Assembly: GCA_043228905.1 (NCBI GenBank)
Contig: JBHGNT010000264.1
Coordinates: 1-43,362, forward strand
DNA length: 43,362 bases
Reading direction: 5' to 3'
From: Azolla caroliniana
Lineage: Eukaryota; Plantae; Polypodiophyta
The position numbers and the translations under genes are program-made. This document shows, one piece after another, positions 39,596-43,362 of the stretch (position 1 is its first letter; the number at the start of each line of letters is the position of its first letter). The notes under the pieces were generated by a model. The model did no database searches. It was not told the origin of the DNA and saw only the letters and a program-made list of their open reading frames with translations.

Positions 39596-42473
39596 ATGGC
39601 CTCTCTCACCCCAGGCATACTTCAGAAGCTTCTAGAGAACATGGGGTCCGATGCCAGAGTAGCCGGAACGCACAGGTCCGCCTTCTTACAAGTGGTGGGG
39701 ATTGTCCCTGCCATATCTGGATCTGACCACCTGTGGCCATGCCGTGGCTTCTACATCAAGGTCTCCGATTCTTCCCACTGCACGTACATGTCTCTCGCAG
39801 AGGAACAGGGCCATCTCATCCTCAACAACAAGCTCCAGCTCGGGCAGCTCATCCAAGTAGAAAGGCTTGATTCTGGCTCCCCTGTTCCCATCCTCCGAGG
39901 GGTCCAACCCGTGCCTGGTAAGCAAGCTTTCATCGGGCAGCCTCAGGAGCTCAGCCTATCCGATTCCCTTGACTTTCTCAACCCTAATCCATTAGCTTCA
40001 CTCGATTCCTCTGAGAGAAGATGCTCCCTCGGCCCTGAATCTAGATTGAAGATAGACACTGCTAATTCTGCTAATTTCCCCGATTTCTCAGGCCCTAGGG
40101 TTTGCCCTAGCCCAGTGACTCGATCCAGAAGGAACGCCGACAGGGCCGCTTGGTCTGTTGCTGCTGGACCGCCTCTGACTGATACGACAGAGAAGAACAA
40201 AGAAGAGCAGCCGCCTCCGCGAGGTCAGGCCACAAGAACAAAGATATTTCCTGAGTTCTCGCCGGTGCCTCACTCCAGGTCTGTCTCTGCCTCCCCTGCT
40301 AGGGATTTCTCTGTGCGGAGCTCCCTTTTCTTTGAAAAAGGTGTCGGTGCTCGTGATAAGCTCTCCAAAGCAAGCCCAGACGTCAGGAAATCTGTGCGGA
40401 AAGCTACGATTTTAGCCCCTCCTCCTGAATCTCCAGTCATGGCTAAGAGCTCCAGCAGACAATCCTCCCCAGCTCTCAAAAGAGCTGCCAGTGTGGGGAA
40501 GGTTAGCCAGAGAGGATGTGTTAAAGAGGAGACTAAGATCCTTAGTTGCAATTCTCTCAGGAAGTCTGTATCTGTGAATAAGGTCAAATTGAGTGAGATT
40601 GTGGTGGATGGAACCCAATCCTTGACTTATAATAGAACTGTCTCAGATCCATCTTCTCCGACCGTCCAGTTCAGAGATGAGAACTATTTCAACGAAGATG
40701 TTTCATCGGTGAGCCACATATTTTTCCCTTTATCATCTGAGCATGTCTTATCTAACCAACCAAAGCAATCACACTTGAATCACAAACAAGAGGATCAGAA
40801 ATCTGTAAGCTATATACATATTTATACACACAATTTTTTAATGTTTTAATATGAATGCTATGCAACGTACATGGGAACCCTAGAATCTGAATGCCATACG
40901 AGCTGTAGATCTCTAAGCTCAAGGATGCTGAATCTGGATGCTATAATCTTGTAGGCTTTCTTTCTTAAACATGGGATATTGATTGACAATGAAAGCAAAC
41001 ATGTAATTTTTTGCAGGAAGATCAGGGATCCATCTTGAAGCATAAGTTAAGATCTGTGAAAACACGATCAGCTATGTGTACTCCTACTGGAAAAACAAAT
41101 TTGCAACCTGAACTCGATGCTTCGCCTCCCTCGGCTGGGATTCAGGACAGTGGTAGACGATCAGAAAAGAGAAGTAAAACCCTTGATATGCTACCAATGG
41201 GCCTTCCAGCACTAGCAAAGGTTTGTAATAACTTTTGCGTGAGGTGCATGGAGCAGGGTTTGTCTTTTCATGTGGGTTTGATGCAGCTCTATGAAATTAA
41301 CTTTTATGTTTCAGAAAGCTATTCAGAGGTGTCATGCCGCCTCCTTTGCTGCGTCGGAAGCTTTGCAAGAGGCCTCAACTACCCAGAGCATTGTACAGTG
41401 CCTGAAGTAAGTTAATGAATGAAATATGCGGCATTGATTTCTAAGTTCTGAGAAATCTTATATTCTTCTTCTTCTTCTATGGATAAATGATGAAAAGCAA
41501 CCTTTTTATGGTGGTTGTGATCAGCAACTTTGCAGAACTCTGTACAACTGCAAGGGCTGACAATCCTGGGCCAACTGTGGATCAGTTCTTCAGCTTCCAT
41601 GAAACACTTGTGGAAGCTCGAGTTGTGGCAGATGCATTGGCGGAGGCGAGGCTCCTCGGTAACTCAGAGAACAATGAGAATGCTGGTGAGAAGCAGAGCA
41701 TGGCTCGTACCGTATCCAAGGAGCGGGATCGATCTGCGGATTCGTGGGTGAGTGCAGCCATAGGAAGTGGCTTGATGCCATATCCTCCTTTAAGTAATGG
41801 TCAAATTATACCTCCGAAATCGCCTTCGAAAGAAGGTTTGGATGGAAGATGCTGCAAGAACAAGGTGAGCTCTTTCACTTCTCCTGCTCGCAGTGTTGCT
41901 CCGAGGCTTCTTCCATTCACAAACTTCCCAGCTAGTAGTGACTATTCCCAGGCACTGAGGACGCCATTGAAGCAGGAGAATAACATATCTCCCGGGTCGA
42001 GAAGAGTCTCTTCTTCGTCTTCACTGCTTACAGAGTGGGCGAAAGGCGACGGATTCGCAGAGACTGCGAAATTAGCGAAGCAATTGCAAGGAGATTCCGA
42101 GGCATGGTTTCTAAAGTTTGTGGAGGAAGCTCTGGAGTGTGGATACAAGGTGGCTATCAAGGAAGCCACTGGGAAGAAGAAAAGCCAGACTAATAATGTC
42201 AATGCAACTTGGCCCGAGGATAACAACATCGTGTCTGCCGTGTTATCGGATTTGAAGAGAGTGAATGATTGGCTGGATCGTGCGATCTCGGAGGGGAGGC
42301 AGAAAACCTCGAAAAAGGAGAACAACAACTGTAGTAATACCATCATTAGTGGTAATGAGAATGTCGGGTTCGAGGAGCGAACTACGCGGTTGAAGCAGAA
42401 GCTTTACGACCTCCTCATTCACTTGGTGCTTCGTAGCCCATCGCAGATCATCTCCCGCAATCTCCCTCATTGA
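39596..42473 (+). CDS. DUF936 family protein (CORD-like, cortical microtubule-associated), about 785 aa, 4 exons
   Basis: [13 protein letters not shown]...[14 protein letters not shown]...[11 protein letters not shown]...KLQLGQ...GSPVP (DUF936); C-terminal EALQEAS...[11 protein letters not shown]...LKRVNDWLD. Exons 39596-40708, 41017-41220, 41315-41406 and 41525-42473, with GT-AG introns that preserve the frame. Confidence 0.92.
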
Positions 42474-43362
42474 CCCAACCATCATCCATCCTTCAATCAT
42501 TCAGATTGTAATTTGGTAATGAAGTGAAACCTCAAATGGATGGATGGCATTCTTCTCAATCCTTCAATCCTCCAACTCTTTCTTCTATTCAAAAGCTCTT
42601 TGTTGTGTTTGGAATCACTTGACATTCATTGTTCCATCCACCTTGTGGTTTAGGGTTTGTATAGAAGGTGCTTTTCACCATTGGCAATGCACATGTTAAA
42701 GAGTATGTGTCTACAATGATTGATCGTGTTTGCGACAATGTGTGAACGTAGTAGTTGCTCCTTTTATAACTATGTCTTTGTTCATTGGCATCCACAATAT
42801 GATACACATCAAATGTGATGAGACATGTGTGAAGTCGTTTGTGCGTTGTGGTATCTTGAACCCTAGAACCATTGATTTGCATATATTGTTTTCCATTGCA
42901 TGTCAAAAGGCTTCCATCCAATATGTGGCCCATGTAAAACATAGGCTCATGCCCTTTTGTCACTTCTTTTCCCTCTTAAGGTTCGCATTCAACTACTACT
43001 ACTCTCTTCGACGTGTCTCCGCCCCAACTTGATGAGTATAAATTTCATTTGTTTTTCGTGTATTCCATTCCACGAGCTCATTAAAACCCCCAACCTTCAA
43101 TACCCTAAACTCGAGTTTAATATGTTGTGATTTTTACTATGAATAAGTACCTACCTTATCATGCTCAAAACTTTTAATCAAGAATGAAAAATAGAACATG
43201 TACTTTTGTGTTTCTCATCAAGAAATATATCAGAATTTCCCATACATACATATGCATTGGATTCAACTTACATACATGCATACACACAAAGAGATGGACA
43301 CTCGTATACCAAAACTTCTCAAAGATGTATTTCATTTAAAGTTCTTGACATATGTTCTTGTT

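Noticed and set aside
40709-40849. C-terminal 46 aa of the 417-aa ORF as coding
   Set aside because: Read-through into intron 1 after the G|GTGAGC donor; the spliced model restores the conserved C-terminal domain.

Overview
Land-plant nuclear DNA, probably a seed-free plant such as a fern (inference from Tcn1-type chromoviruses and the LINE types). Positions 1-37000 are a deeply nested retrotransposon cluster. (i) A young gag-only LTR element (291-5036, minus; tRNA-Trp PBS, 4-bp TSD) has inserted antisense into another copy of its own family, whose 3' LTR abuts a decayed L1-clade LINE (5944-12962). (ii) A second, full-length L1-clade LINE (15191-34158, 12-bp TSD) carries a self-priming Tcn1-like Ty3/gypsy chromovirus. 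That element in turn carries a complete Ty1/copia element and a solo LTR, and the LINE holds another solo LTR. (iii) An older gypsy relic contains a plastid 23S rRNA fragment and a solo LTR. The only host gene is a 4-exon DUF936 (CORD-like) gene at 39596-42473, preceded by a G-box cluster. Most notable observations: every 4-bp target site of the TGTCG...CGACA LTR families is CpG-centred; two divergent LINEs share an unrecognised ORF1 C-terminal domain and a stop-start (TRATG) ORF1/ORF2 junction; two different LTR families carry related antisense tRNA-like Pol III heads in U3; and the Tcn1-like element retains self-priming and -1 frameshift signals.
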